DNA of 64,000 nt from Malacoraja senta (lineage: Eukaryota), in assembly GCA_038087875.1 (NCBI GenBank), contig JAXLNO010000573.1, positions 62,001-126,000 of the forward strand. Direction: 5' to 3'. The first letter of the stretch is position 1. The number at the start of each line of letters is the position of its first letter. Under the pieces are notes generated by a model. That model saw only the letters and a program-made list of their open reading frames with translations, was not told the origin of the DNA and did not search any database. Made by a program: the position numbers and the translations under genes. This document shows positions 48,170 through 60,637 of the stretch, one piece after another.

Positions 48170-49020
48170 ACTGACATCTACTACAAACCTACTGACTCCC
48201 ATAGCTATCTTGACTACACTTCTTACCACCCTGCTTCCTATAAAGTCTCTATCCTCTGCTCCCAATTCCTCTGTCAACGCCGCATCTGCGCCCAGGATGA
48301 GGTGTTCCATACCAGGGCATCAGAGATGTCCTCATTCTTTAGGAAACGGGGGTTCCCCTCTTCCATTATAGATGAGGCTCTCACTGGGGTCTCCTCGATA
48401 TCCCGCAGCTCTGCTCTTGCTCCCCCTCCCCCCATTTGTAACAAGGACAGAGTCCCCCTTGTCCTCACCTTCCACCCCATCAGCCGTCACATACAGCATA
48501 TAATCCTCCAACATTTCGCCACCTCCAACGGGATCTCACCACTGGCCACATCTTCCCATCTCCATCCCTTCCTGCTTTCCGCAGAGATCGTTCCCTCCGA
48601 AACTCCCCATTCAACTATTCCCTTCCCGCCCAAACCACCCTCTCCACAGGTACATTCCCCTGCAACCGCAGAAGATGCAACACCTGTCCTTTTACCTCCC
48701 CCTTCGACTCCATCCAAGGACCCAAACAGTCTTTCCAGGTGAGGAAGAGGTTCACTTGCACCTCCTCCAACCACATCTACTGTATCCGCTGTTCCAGTTG
48801 TCGGCGCGACCAAGTGCAGGCTCGGCGATCGTTTCGCTGAACACCTCCACTCAGTCTGTCTTAACCTACCTGATCTCCTGGTGGTCCAGCACTTCAACTC
48901 CCCCTCCCATTCCCAATCTGACCTTTCTGTCCTGGGCCTCCTCCATTGTCAGAGCGCAAATTGGAGGAACAGCACCTCATATTTCGCTTAGGTAGGTTAC
49001 ACCCCAGCGGTATGAACATT
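48170..49020 (+). pseudogene. Penelope RT thumb plus GIY-YIG endonuclease (disrupted)
   Basis: TDIYYKPTDSHSYLDYTSYHP; CNRRRCNTC and FTCTSSNHIYCIRC; the YIG segment appears deleted; LGDRFAEH. Confidence 0.88.
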
Positions 49021-50704
49021 TACTTCTCTAACTTCAAATAGCCCTTGCTTTCTCTCTCCATCCCCTCCCCCTTCCCAGTTCTCCCACTAGTCTTACTGTC
49101 ACCAACTACATTCTATCTCTGTCCCGCCCACTCCCCTGACATGAGTCTGAAGAATGGTCCCGCTGAGTTACTCCAGCATTTTGTGTCTACCTTCAATGTC
49201 ATTTACATTGACACTTTAGTATTGTACATCGGACTACACTGTTTAAATGTTAACTTTCATGTAAGACTATTGTTGGATGGGTGCAAATGATGGTCGATAT
49301 GGAGTTGGTTACCGGAAGGCCTGATTCTCTGCTGTATCTCCCAATGACTTTGTTTCACAAATAATAAACCAGCTATCATTTCAGCTGGGCATAAAAATGC
49401 CATGGAGTGATAGCAACATATAGCCACAGATTATGTCCATAAAGATAATGTCCAAGCTAATTAACTCAAGACCATAGGGATTTATTATTAACTCATACCA
49501 CATGAAACCATGGCCTTCGGCCCATTGAGCCTGCGCTGACATCAAAGGTCAATTTAACGAATCCCATTTTATTCTCATCACATTCCTATCCACTGCCTCA
49601 GATTCCACAACTCACTAACAGAATGTGGAAATACCATGTAGACCGCACCAGAGGTCAGGATTGAACCTGGGTCACTGGAGCTGTGAGGTGGTACCGCTAT
49701 TGGCGCACCACTGTACTGGCCCCATTTAGTAGCTGCATCTCACTATTTACCCCCTGACTCAACACTAGGTAAACAGACAATTTGGTTATTTATACACTAG
49801 CTGTTAGAGAACCATGTTTTGTTCAAATTGGCTGCTGTGCTTCCCAGTGTAAAATCTGACAGCAATTCAGGAGGAACTTATTGGCCTTAAAACACTCATG
49901 ACAGGTACCATAAAGATCCAGCTTCATCCCATCTTCTCACTCTCTCTGAAGAGAATTACTGCACCCCTTCCAGGTGTAGGAATCTAAGCATTGCTTGGAG
50001 ATGAACAGCTGCACTGCCGAGAGAAAAAGTAATTCTGAGGTCCGCAGGGGCATAAAATTTAAACCAAACCCAGCACAATCTGATCTGAAACTGCACCAAA
50101 ACCAGATACACAATTTATTCACATCTGACCCAAATCAACTATCATCGGAAGTGTAATAATTGACCAATTGGAGCATGAAGAACTCACTAATGATCAATAA
50201 TTGAGGGCATATTTAGTCATATTAAGGAAATCATCCTGATCTAGGATTGTTACTAATGTTTCCTCGGAATAGAGCCCAGGCTAGATGTGATCTTGACATA
50301 TATAGTTGGGTTCAGGTTAGGTTCGAAGTGCTGAATGGCCTACTCCTGCACCTATTGTCGATTGTCTATTGTAAGCAAGCTCCAACATAAGCCCTTTAGC
50401 CCAAAATGTTCACGCTGAACCTGATGTCGTTAAACTAATCTTCTCTGCCTGCATGAGATCAATATCCCCTATCCTCTGCAAATCTACGTGCCTATCCAAA
50501 AGCCTCTGAAATGCTACTAGACTAAGTGGGACCTGTTGGGTCCCATGTTCACACGGTCCCCAAACGCAATATTCCACCTCTCCACCAATTCCAATATTGG
50601 TGGCCAGTGGGGGGGCATTCTGGAGCGCTAGCATGCGTGTTGTGGGCTGAAGGGACTGGTTTCCAGAGGGCTAGTATGGACATTGTGGGCCAAATGGATT
50701 CTTG

Positions 50705-50930
50705 TGCTGGCAGCTCAGTCACTCATGCCTGGTGGGCTGGCAGCTCAGTCACTTAGGCCTGGTGGGCTGGCAACTCAGTCGCTCAAGCCTTGTGGGCTGG
50801 CAGCTCAGTCAGTCAGGCCTGGTGGGCTGGCAGCTCAGTCACTCAGGCCTGGTGGTCTGGCAGCTCAGTCATTCAGGGCTGGTGGGCTGGCAGCTCAGTC
50901 ATTCAGGGCTGGTGGGCTGGCAGCTCAGAA
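50705..50930 (+). repeat. 30-bp minisatellite, ~7.5 copies
   Basis: Unit GGTGGGCTGGCAGCTCAGTCACTCAGGCCT. Confidence 0.95.
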
Positions 50931-51369
50931 ACTGCCAGAAATTCTGCCCAAAGCAGGTGAGAGACTCTGTGAGAGAGAAGGGGAGAGGCTGGAGAATCAA
51001 TTTTAGACATTTTTCATCTTTTCCTGCAGATCACAGCAATGAAGGAGGAAAGTCTATCCTGGCCTGGATCTCACAGGAAGCCAATGAAGGGAGGGAGAAC
51101 AATATTGGGGTGAGGTTTAATATTTGCAGGGGCGAATACCTACTGATGGGCTGAAGGGAGTCCTCCTGGGCTAGTACAGGCCTGATGGGCCAAAGGGGCT
51201 CTTTAAAAAAATCAGAGTGAAATCTCAGTAAAAGGCACTTTTTATGGAATGTTCCTGGCCTGGCACGGGCCTTGTGGGTCAAAATGCTCCTCCTGCACCA
51301 ACATGGGCATTTTGGGCAAAGGGGACTGGTTTCTTGGCTAATAGGGGCCTCGAGGGCCAAAATTAGTAT

Positions 51370-52290
51370 TTTCAGGCAGGCCAAACAACTCATTTCATTT
51401 CATTTCCATTTCAATTTTAAGCACACGGCAGGCCAAACAACTAATTTCATTTCCATTTCCATTTCCATTTCCATTTCAATTTCAAGCACCGGGCAGGCCA
51501 AACAACGAATTGAATTTTAAATTCATTTCCATTTCCATTGCAGTTTCAAGCACAGGGCAGGCCAAACAATGCGTTTCCTTTTCCAATTCATTTCCATTTC
51601 CATTGCAGTTTCAAGCACAGGGCAGGCCAAACAGCTCATTGCATTTTCATTTCATTTCCATTTCCATTGCATTTTCAACCACAGGGCAGGCCAAACAACT
51701 CATTTCATTTTCAATTCATTTTCATTTCCATTGCAGTTTCAAGCACAGGGCAGGCCAAACAACTAATTGAATTTTAATTTCATTTCCATTTCCATTGCAG
51801 TTTCAAGCACAGGGCAGGCCAAACAACGCGTTTCCTTTTCAATTCATTTCCATTTCCATTGCAGTTTCAAGCACAGGGCAGGCCAAACAGCTCATTGCAT
51901 TTTCATTCATTTCCATTTCCATTGCAGTTTCAAGCACAGGGCAGGCAAAACAGCTCAATGCATTTTCATTTCATTTCCATTTGCATTGCAGTTTCAAGCA
52001 CAGGGCAGGCCAAACAGCTCATTGGATTTTCATTTAATTTCCATTTCCATTGCCGTTTCAAGCACAGGGCAGGCCAAACAACTCATTGCATTTTCATTTC
52101 ATTTCATTTCCATTGCAGTTTCAAGCACAGGGTAGGCCAAACAGCTCATTACATTTTCATTTCATTTCCATTTCCATTGCAGTTTCAAGCACAGGGCAGG
52201 CCAAACAGCTCATTGCAATTTCATTTCATTTCCATTTCCATTGCAGTTTCAAGCACAAGGCAGGCCAAACAACATTGCATTTTCATTAAG
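51370..52290 (+). repeat. ~60-66-bp minisatellite, ~15 copies, with CATTT/CATTTC sub-repeats
   Basis: Recurring TTCCATTGCAGTTTCAAGCACAGGGCAGGCCAAACA. Confidence 0.95.
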
Positions 52291-54674
52291 AGCTAACAAA
52301 TCATTTATTGCAAGTACATTGCAGACTCACAGTTCAGTTGATTCACAGCTTAGAATCACAGTTGTGGCCTCTCCCTCGCGAGCTTCCAGAGTGACTGACT
52401 CACGTCCAGGCATCCAGGGTTTTATAGTCCTGCCCCCCCCAGAAGGGGCGTTACCTTCATCATGGTGATTGACAGGTGAGAGGACCTATCAGCTGATCTC
52501 AATTTTTTTTAAACACTCATAACTTTTTTATTTTTCATTGTTCGGAAAATTCCTCGGGGCTGCCTCAGCGAGTATGATGGCCAAACATCATAGCGATATA
52601 GGGTAGCGTTTTTTCTAAAATCTATATAGAGCACAGACAGGAAGTGGTCAAGATGAGACTTTTAGTTATATAGATTATGCCATCTACCTCTACCACCACT
52701 CTACACCCACCATTCACAGTGTAAAAACACGTCTTACACATTTCCATTAAATTTTGGCCCTTTTGCCTTCATAAAATGCTTTCTAGTCTTTGACATTTCA
52801 ACCCTGGGAAATGTTTCCAACTGTCTACCTTATCTATACCTCTCATAATTTTATGTTCTTCTATTAACCCTCACCTCGACATCCAATGTTCCAGAGAAAA
52901 CAATCCAAGTTTGCCCAACCTCTCCTTATAATCCAGGTGACATCCTGGTACACTTTTTCTCCACATCCCTGATGTAATGGGGTGACTGGAACCACACACC
53001 ATATTCCAATTGCTGCCTCATCATAGTCCTATAAAGCAGTAACATGACTTAGTCTTTTATACTCAATGTTACAAATACTCCAATAGTCCAAGGCAGGAGG
53101 TACCACTGCCAGGCCTATCTGCGTTTTTTAGAGTTGCTTTCTGTAACTTGCCATTTCTTTGGGGAGATTTCTGGTGAAATGCCCACCGATTCATACATTT
53201 TGACTGTGACTTACCCAGTAGCATTCTTAAACTGCGAAAGAAAGGGAGACTTTCAGAGTCTTCTCCATCTTGCCTTTTACAGGATACACACCTGATGGTT
53301 CACTCTGGGACAATCTAGTCCATGGTTCCATCTCCACCAATACTGTTCCTTTCTCATCATCGCATGTAATCCTGGCCCCTACTCCATCACAGATCTTTCC
53401 TTCAGTTCACTCTACCTCTTTACCCTTGCCTTATTGCTTGATTCTTTAGTGAGTTTTTTATTCAGGTGGAATATTATTGGAATGCAGTATTAATTTTATT
53501 TTTCTCTGCACGGATGCTGCCTGATTAACTGAATATGTCCAACATTTTCTATTCCTATTTTTGGATTCCAGCATTTGCAGCACCTAGCTCTGTGACTAAG
53601 AAATTATTGTAGCACAATTGTACCAGGTGACCTAAAAAAATTTGGAAGAGGATTATTCTAAATTTGCATGGAAACCCTGGAAAAAAATGACATGCAGAGA
53701 GAGCCTCTATTGCTGTGTAATAGCAAGAGCAAATCATCCTGCTCCTGGCAAAAGACCTCCCCACGGTTAATAATTACCATGCTCTCAAACAGCTCTCCAA
53801 CATTAAGATTCTGTATCCTCTGTACTTCCCAGTAAGCTGTTACAATAAATTAAAGTGCTGTAGTCCAAAGTACATGGAGGATCATGTTTGTTCATTGAAT
53901 ATATATTCTTTCATCTCTGCACTGAAAGAAAAGCTTACAACCATGACTAGTGGGAATCATCAGAAAAAAAAAGTATAATGAAAGTCATTAAATGAGAGTC
54001 AGTGCAGCAAAACATGACAAATATCCTGGGAAGGGAGAACATATTCCAAATTGGCACAATTAAATATTGCACTGTGCATTTGTTTTCCAACAGATCCAAA
54101 CAGGAAACACACCACAAGTTAGTAGAAATATCCACTCAATGGAGATCAGGTGTCACACACATGACTTTCGTTGAGGGTGTCAAAGGTCACAAAGATGAGT
54201 TCTGACACATTTCAAACAGTGACATATCACTGAGGAATCTCACTCGATTTGCTATCACTCTGGAATAAATGAAGAAGATGCGAGTCCTGTGAGATACGGC
54301 ATTGTCAACATTCCATGGAAATCATACATTGACAGGAAGTATTATTTGGTAATGGTCCCAGCTCATTTACATTTTCATAGAGTGGTATCATTTAGAATTG
54401 ATGATGGCATGGGATTCAGTACCCTTGAAACAAAACAGCTTTTACTAATCCCTTGGTGCTTCTCCTGCTTGTATTGCAGTCGAGAACTGAGCTGAACCAA
54501 GATCTTAAAACAGGAAATGTGTGACCTTGCAAATTGGTGAACCACAGCCTGACTAATACTTGTTAAGCTGAGTGAACTCCATTATATTTATGTTACTGTC
54601 AATACGTTATCAATGTTGTTCAGTAATCTGTCTGGCTTTCAGAATTAACACACTTCCTCCTGGTCAAACACTGA

Positions 54675-54892
54675 ATCATAAAGTGATAGAATGAAAGAGC
54701 ACAGAGTCCCTTCAGCCCAACCTGTCCATACTGACTATGATGTCTATCTGAGCTAGTCCTATTTTCCTATATTTGGCCCATATCCCTCTAAACATTTCCT
54801 CCCCATGTACCTGTCTGAATGTCTTTTAAGCATTGTAATTGTGTCTGCCTCTATAGGTTCCTCTGGTGGTTCGTTCCAAATATCCATTGCCC
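54675..54892 (-). mobile_element. CR1 3' fragment
   Basis: IWNEPPEEPIEADTITMLKRHSDRYM. Confidence 0.75.
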
Positions 54893-55623
54893 TCATGCGA
54901 CTTTTTATGTATATTTCCATTTGGCCACAATTGATGAATGAAAAACCCACATTCATTATTCCAAACCATATTTGTGCATCCAGTCATGGTGAATTCCATC
55001 CTCATTAACTAATCGTGCTTGTGCATTCCTTTAGTCTCTATTTCCTCTTGTTCTATTTGTTCCATTGTCCCAGTGGCTGCAACCAAGCTGCTAGAAGCCT
55101 CTGAGTTTCAAGGGAGGAGATGATGAGAAGCAAACCTGGGTTGAGGTAGTCTGACCTTAACAGTGAGTGTCACCTGTCTGGACTAACAGACAGACCCATG
55201 ACAGGGCCAACAAAGCGTTATGCTGGGATCGTAAAAGCTGTCACTTTGAGAGAGGAGAGCCAGTGTGGTTCACAGTGTCATTATCAATGGTCGAGGATGG
55301 AATTCCCATTGTGATCTCATGGAAGACAGGTAGTTAGAGCTGTGGGAATTCCTTAAATTCTCTTTGTACACTGCTCCTGAGAACAGTGTGGGCAGAAGCC
55401 TGAGCCTGCATTGCAATGATCAAAGTTTCCACTGTGGCACCAATAATATAAGCTGGCTTCTGTTTGTTCTGCAATGAAAGCTTTACATTGACCATCATAT
55501 GATGTATCTTGGTTTGGTCTATTTTTGTTGAAATGGGGTTTGTGCACCACATACATTCATGCAAGGATCAACTCTAACATCTGCCCAAAATGCCCTCAAC
55601 ATATCACAGTGCAGGCCTGTCAA

Positions 55624-55940
55624 TTAGTTCAGTTTAGTTTAGCAACACAACAAAGAAATAGGCTCTTTGGCACACTGAGTCCAGGCCGACCAACAATCAT
55701 CCGTTTACATAAGTTCCAAGCTATCCCATTTTCCCACCCACACCCTAAACACTGTGGACAATTTACAGAGGCCAATTAACCTACAAACTCACGTGTCTCT
55801 GTGATGTGGGAGGACACCAGAGCATCCAGAAGAAAGTCACAGGGGCACGGGAAAATGTGCCAACAGACTGTACCCGAGGTCAGGATCGAACCTGGGTCTC
55901 TGCCACTGTGAGCCATCAGCTCTATCACCTGCAACACTAT
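55624..55940 (-). mobile_element. tRNA-derived SINE, diverged
   Basis: (TTTAG)n tail, GGACAATTTACAGAGGCCAATTAACC core, B-box GGTCAGGATCGAACC. Confidence 0.75.
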
Positions 55941-56113
55941 CTCATGCATTAGTCTTAGTCTTTGATTACAAGTTGCCACATCAGTTTTCCTCTGAGTTCT
56001 TTAAAGCAAACACATGTGTCCTCTCCCGTTCTTGTGAGCTGGAGCCTGGACTACCTTTACCCTCTACCTTGTTACAAGTTATTACCAGTGACTCACCATA
56101 TGCAAATCTCATG

Positions 56114-56391
56114 TTGAAGGAGGAACTGCAGATGCTGGAAAATCGAAGGTAGACAAAAGTTCTGGAGAAACTCAGCGGGTGAGGCAGCATCTATGGAGCG
56201 AAGGAAATAGGCAACGTTTCGAGTCGAGACCCTTCTTCAGACTGATGTGAGGGTGGGGGGTGGGGGGGGTGGGAAGAAGAAAGGAAGAGGTGGAAGCAGT
56301 AGGCTGAGGGAGAGCTGAGAAGGGGAGGAGAAAGCAGGGGCTACCTGAAATTTCACCCGCTGAGTTTCTCCAGCACTTTTGTCTACCTTCT
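56114..56391. mobile_element. Penelope terminal-repeat insertion with inversion and 16-bp TSD
   Basis: ATATGCAAATCTCATG at 56098-56113 and 56392-56407; minus strand CTGAAGAAGGGTCTCGACTCGAAACGTTG. Confidence 0.85.
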
Positions 56392-56499
56392 ATATGCAAA
56401 TCTCATGGTCATCGGAGGAAGAGAGGCAGGTCTGACCGAAGCTTCTTCTTTGATGGTCTCTTGGACACCATATACCTGGGTGTGGACTGGGAGCAGAGA

Positions 56500-57200
56500 A
56501 AGTAAGGTTCAAATTCCTGGCATTAATACATCAGCTGACCTAGCCTGGGCCAAACACATAGATGTAATCATGAATAAGGTGCATCAGTGTGTCTATTTTC
56601 TTATGTTTGTAGAGATTTGTTATGCCACCGAATACTCTCTAACAAACCACAACAGATGCACTGTGGAAAGAATCTTGACTGGTTGCATTATGGCCTGGTA
56701 CAGCCATTCACACATGAAGTTAAGAGGCTGCAGAAAGTGATGAACTCAGCCTAGTCTATCTCATGTGTAATCTTCCCCACCATCAAAGACAACTACATGA
56801 GTTGCTGTCTCAAGGAGGTGGCATCAGGGAAGCCCACCATCGGGTGATGTGCTCTTCTCTGCTACAATCATGCAAGATGTACAGAAGCATGAGGTCTCAC
56901 ATCACTAGGCCAATGAACAGCTATTTTCCTACAACCATTAGGTTGTTGAACTGCCTTGCACAATCCTGATCCTACTTCAACAGAACACTGTGGACCACTT
57001 TATGCACCACCATGGATTTAATTTCTTATTGTGTTTTGCACTAATGTCTTGTTTTACACACATTATTTTTCTTTTTACTGTTCAGTTGAATAATTTATGT
57101 ATAGTTTATGCATACATCATATTTTTGCGTGTTGTCTGAGTGTAGATAACCTGTGATGCTGCTGCATGCAAAATTTTAACCGTACCTGTACCTCACTATA
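56500..57200 (+). mobile_element. Rex1/Babar-like LINE 3' fragment
   Basis: GINTSADLAWAKHID...KVHQCVYFL...RCTVERILTGCIMAWY; RPMNSYFPTTIRLLN. Confidence 0.75.
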
Positions 57201-57969
57201 TTTTTTTAGACTTGACTTGAAGTTAAATGGAAATATGTTTCGAGTTTCCAATAATGTCACTTGAAAATGGGCTTGCCATAGTTGAGTAGCTGATAGAAGC
57301 TGTGAGATGAGAGTACAAGTTTTGGACTACTGTTAAGAATGTGTGGGTGTGGTCGGGTAAACTAATGTTCTGATTGTTAGAGTGTGTAGTTAAGTGGGTA
57401 ATATGGAGCAGCATGTGAGGCCAGTGGTGTATACAGGTGTATATGATTATGATGGGAATAGATAGGATAGATACACAAGATGGAAGTAGTTGGCATGTTT
57501 ACTGAGTTTACGCACTCATCTCTCACATCTGTTCCATCAAACCTGCCAATTCTGTGCAGCACCTTTTGAAGGGCCACTGCTCTTCCCTTTATGCGGGTAA
57601 AAACATGGCTTTTGTTCAATTAATCTCGATTCAGGTTGTGGTTGGTTGAAAAATTGAATCCATTGATATGACTTAAGGCAATAAATTGCTGGGTTGGTGC
57701 AGGTGGAATGATAACCTGATGATTAGAGGTGGGAAACTAAACTTGTCCTTGTATAATCAGAGAGAGCACATTAATCACTCTTCATAATAATTTCAAACAT
57801 CTTCCAGCATTATCCAATTTAGTACCAACTGAACAGCTTTTGAAGAGGGTTAAAAATCTTCTTTTAACAGATATGGAAAAGGCTTTTACTACTCCAGGGA
57901 GAGCTAGCTGATGGGATAGAAAATTGGCTTCATGGAAGGAAGCAGAAGCTGATGGAATAAGATTGTTTA

Positions 57970-58418
57970 TCAGACTGAAGGCCTGTGACTTGCGGTGTGC
58001 CTCAAGGACTGTTGCTGGGCACATGCGAACATACAAGACAGGATGACTAAGTTTGCTGACGACACTAAAGTGGGTTGTATTTTAGATAGAGAATATTGTT
58101 GTCAAAGACGGCAGCAGGATCCTGATCAGTCGAGCAAGTGGGCAGAGGATTAATTAATGGAGTTTTATGCAGATAAATGCGAGGTGTTTCATTTTGGGAA
58201 GTCTAACCGGTGGGCAAGTACTCACTAAATTGCAGGGCTCTGTGGACTGTTGTAGAGCAGACGGATCTAGGAGTGCAGGTGCATAATACCTTGAGAGTGG
58301 CATCAAGGGGTAGATAAGGTGGTCGAGAAGGCTTTTGGCACATTGGCCTTCATCAGTCAGGGAATTGAGTGCAGACGTTGGGATGTTATGTTGTACAAGG
58401 TGCTGGTGAGGCCACAGT
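57970..58418 (+). mobile_element. CR1 ORF2 fragment
   Basis: VPQG, KFADDTKVG, KCEVFHFG, DLGVQVH. Confidence 0.8.
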
Positions 58419-58420
58419 TA

Positions 58421-58590
58421 AAGGCCTGTCCCACTTACGCTGTTTTTTCGGTGACTTGCTGGCACCCGTCATAGTCGCAGCAGTTTGCCGAAAATGTTCA
58501 ACATGTTGAAAATCCAGCAGCGACCAGAAAAAGGTACGACTCGTAGGGCGACTACTCACGACCATACAGGCGTCACCCTACGACATGTCG
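58421..58590. mobile_element. Truncated Harbinger-like MITE
   Basis: TAA|AGGCCTGTCCCACTTA left end and the shared AATGTTCAACATGTTGAAAA interior. Confidence 0.65.
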
Positions 58591-58599
58591 GCCAAGAAA

Positions 58600-59185
58600 G
58601 TATACCTATGTCTATACTTCCTGAGGAGACTGGAGAAATCCAGCATATCTCCAATGACTCTCACTAACTTCTACAGATGCTACCATTTTTACCATGGAAA
58701 GCGTACTTTTGGGTTGAATCATAGGTTAGCTTGGGAACCCAGTCCGTAACACAAACCAGGCTTCCCACTATTGACTCCATTGACACTTCATACTGCCTCA
58801 GGAAAACAACCAAGATAAACAAAGATCTGTCCCACCCCAGTAATTTATTCTTCTGCACCCATCTGGCAAAAGGTGCAGAAGCTTGAAAGCACACCAGATA
58901 GCACCAGACAGAGGAACGGCTTCTTCCTTCTTTTAGTTATCAGGCATCTGAATAGTGCTTCCATAAGCCAGGGAACTGTCCAATTCACCTCTACCCCATT
59001 GTGGACATTGGACTTTGTCGATGGAAGTGATGCGCTACAATGCTGAGAACTATATTCTTCTTCCCCTTTGCTCTATATATTGTACATGAGTTTCACTTGA
59101 TTATATTTATCTATATTATTATATGATCTGATTTAATATCATTCAAAGCAAAGCTTTTCACTGTACCTTGGTATATGTGGCAATA
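58600..59185 (+). mobile_element. Rex1/Babar-like LINE 3' fragment
   Basis: LYFLRRL...LTNFYRC; DLSHPS..LF..PSGKR; 3' GCTTTTCACTGTACC...AATAAA. Confidence 0.65.
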
Positions 59186-59187
59186 AT

Positions 59188-60637
59188 AAATAAACCTAAA
59201 TTGATTTGGATCGATTGGCCAGGTGGGCTGAGGAATGGTTGATGGAATTTAATACCGAGATGTGTAAGGTGTTGCATTTTGGGAAGTCTAACAAGGGCAG
59301 GACCTTGGAGGTCTCTGGGGAGTGTTGTAGAGCAGAGGGAACTAGGAGTACAGGTGCTAGGTTCCTTGAAGGTCGAGTCGCAGGTAGATAAGGTGGTCAA
59401 AAAGACTTTTGGCACATTTTAGCAGTAACAGGATCGGTCCGAGTCATCATGACTTTACAAAGGGGAAATCATGCTTGACTAATCTTCTGGCATTTTTTGA
59501 GGGTGTAACTAGGAAAATGGACAAGGGAGAGTCAGTGGGCCTCTTTGCGTCCCTGCGTCACCGTGCCTGGGTGCCTCGGGCCTGGGAGGGATCGGAGATG
59601 AAGGAAGTCTGCGGAAAAAAAAAATGCCTGCGGGCCAGATGATTTCGTGTTACGGGCCGCATTCGGCCGGGGACCATAGGTTGCTGACCCCTGGGCTAGA
59701 GGCAGGAAAATGTGCCCGATGATAAGGGAGTCCAGAACCAGGGGCCACAGTTTAAGAATAAGGGGTAAGCCATTTAGAACGATGATGAGGAAAAACTTTT
59801 TCACAAAGGGTTGTGAATCTGTGAAATTCTCTGCCTCAGAAGGCAGTGAAGGCCAATTCTCTTGATAGCAGTCAGGGGATATGGGGAGAAGGCAAGAATG
59901 GGGTACTGATTGTGGATGATCAGCCATCATCACAGTGAATGGCGGTGCTGGCTTGAAGGGCCGAATGGCCTACTCTTGCACCTATTGTCTATTGTCTATT
60001 GTCATTGGCCTTCATCAGTCAGAGTATTGACTATAGAAGTTGGTGGGTCATGTTGCAGTTGAATAAGACATTGGTGAGACAGCATTTAGAATATTGTGTT
60101 CAGTTCTGGGTACCAAGTTATAGGAAAGATATTGTCAAGCTTGAAAGGGTTCAGAAAAGATCTACAAGGATGTTGCCAGGACTAGAGGGTGTGAGCTATA
60201 GGGAGAGGTTGAGTAGGCTGGGTCTCTATTCCTTGGAGCGCAGGAGGATGAGGGGTGATCTTATAGAGGCATACAAAATCATGAGAGGAATGGATTGGGT
60301 AGCTGCACAGAGTCTCTTGCCAAGCGAAGGGGAATCGAGGACCAGAGGACATAAGTTCAATTTGAATGGGAAAAGATTTAATAGGAATCTGAGGGGTAAC
60401 CTTTTCACACAAAGGGTGGTGGGTGTATGGAACAAGCTGCCAGAGGAGGTAGTTGATACTGGGACTATCCCATCATTGAAGAAACAGTTAGACAGGTACA
60501 TGGATATGACAAGTTTGGAGGTATATGGACCAAGCGCAGGCAAGTGGGACTATTGTAGCTGGGACATTATTGGCCGTTGTGGGCAAGTTGGGCCGAAGGG
60601 CCAGTTTCCATACTGTATCACTCTATGACTATGACTC
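59188..60637 (+). mobile_element. CR1 LINE 3' portion interrupted by a nested composite insertion (~59419-60002)
   Basis: DRLARWAEEWLMEFN...TTTTGGCACATT continues as CATTGGCCTTCATC in ORF 59999-60628 (HLEYCVQFW); tail CTATGACTATGAC. Confidence 0.88.
59538..59693. mobile_element. hAT-like MITE fragment (one end)
   Basis: Ends GGTTGCTGACCCCTG (CAGGGGTCAGCAACC on the minus strand) with CGGGCC subterminal motifs. Confidence 0.65.

Larger units (their letters stand above)
42978..49193 (+). mobile_element. Penelope-like element, 5'-truncated with inverted 3' copy, interrupted by DIRS element 2
   Basis: Inverted arm 42978-43142 plus 47936-48169; forward arm 48170-49193; flanked by CAATGTCAT (42967-42975, 49194-49202). 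Confidence 0.85.
50517..52674 (-). mobile_element. Complete non-autonomous Helitron with internal minisatellites
   Basis: Minus strand A|TCTATATAACT...hairpin (50527-50545)...CTAG|T; no TSD; host CR1 is contiguous across the site. Confidence 0.9.
50385..53070 (-). mobile_element. Old CR1 3' fragment split by the Helitron insertion
   Basis: ...AAAAGCCTCTGAAATGCTA (to 50516) resumes as TTATGCCATCTACCTCTACCACC (from 52675). Confidence 0.75.

Noticed and set aside
50683..52296. Repetitive ORFs (GGLAAQS..., FQAQGRPN...) as genes
   Set aside because: Products of the 30-bp and ~63-bp tandem arrays inside a Helitron.
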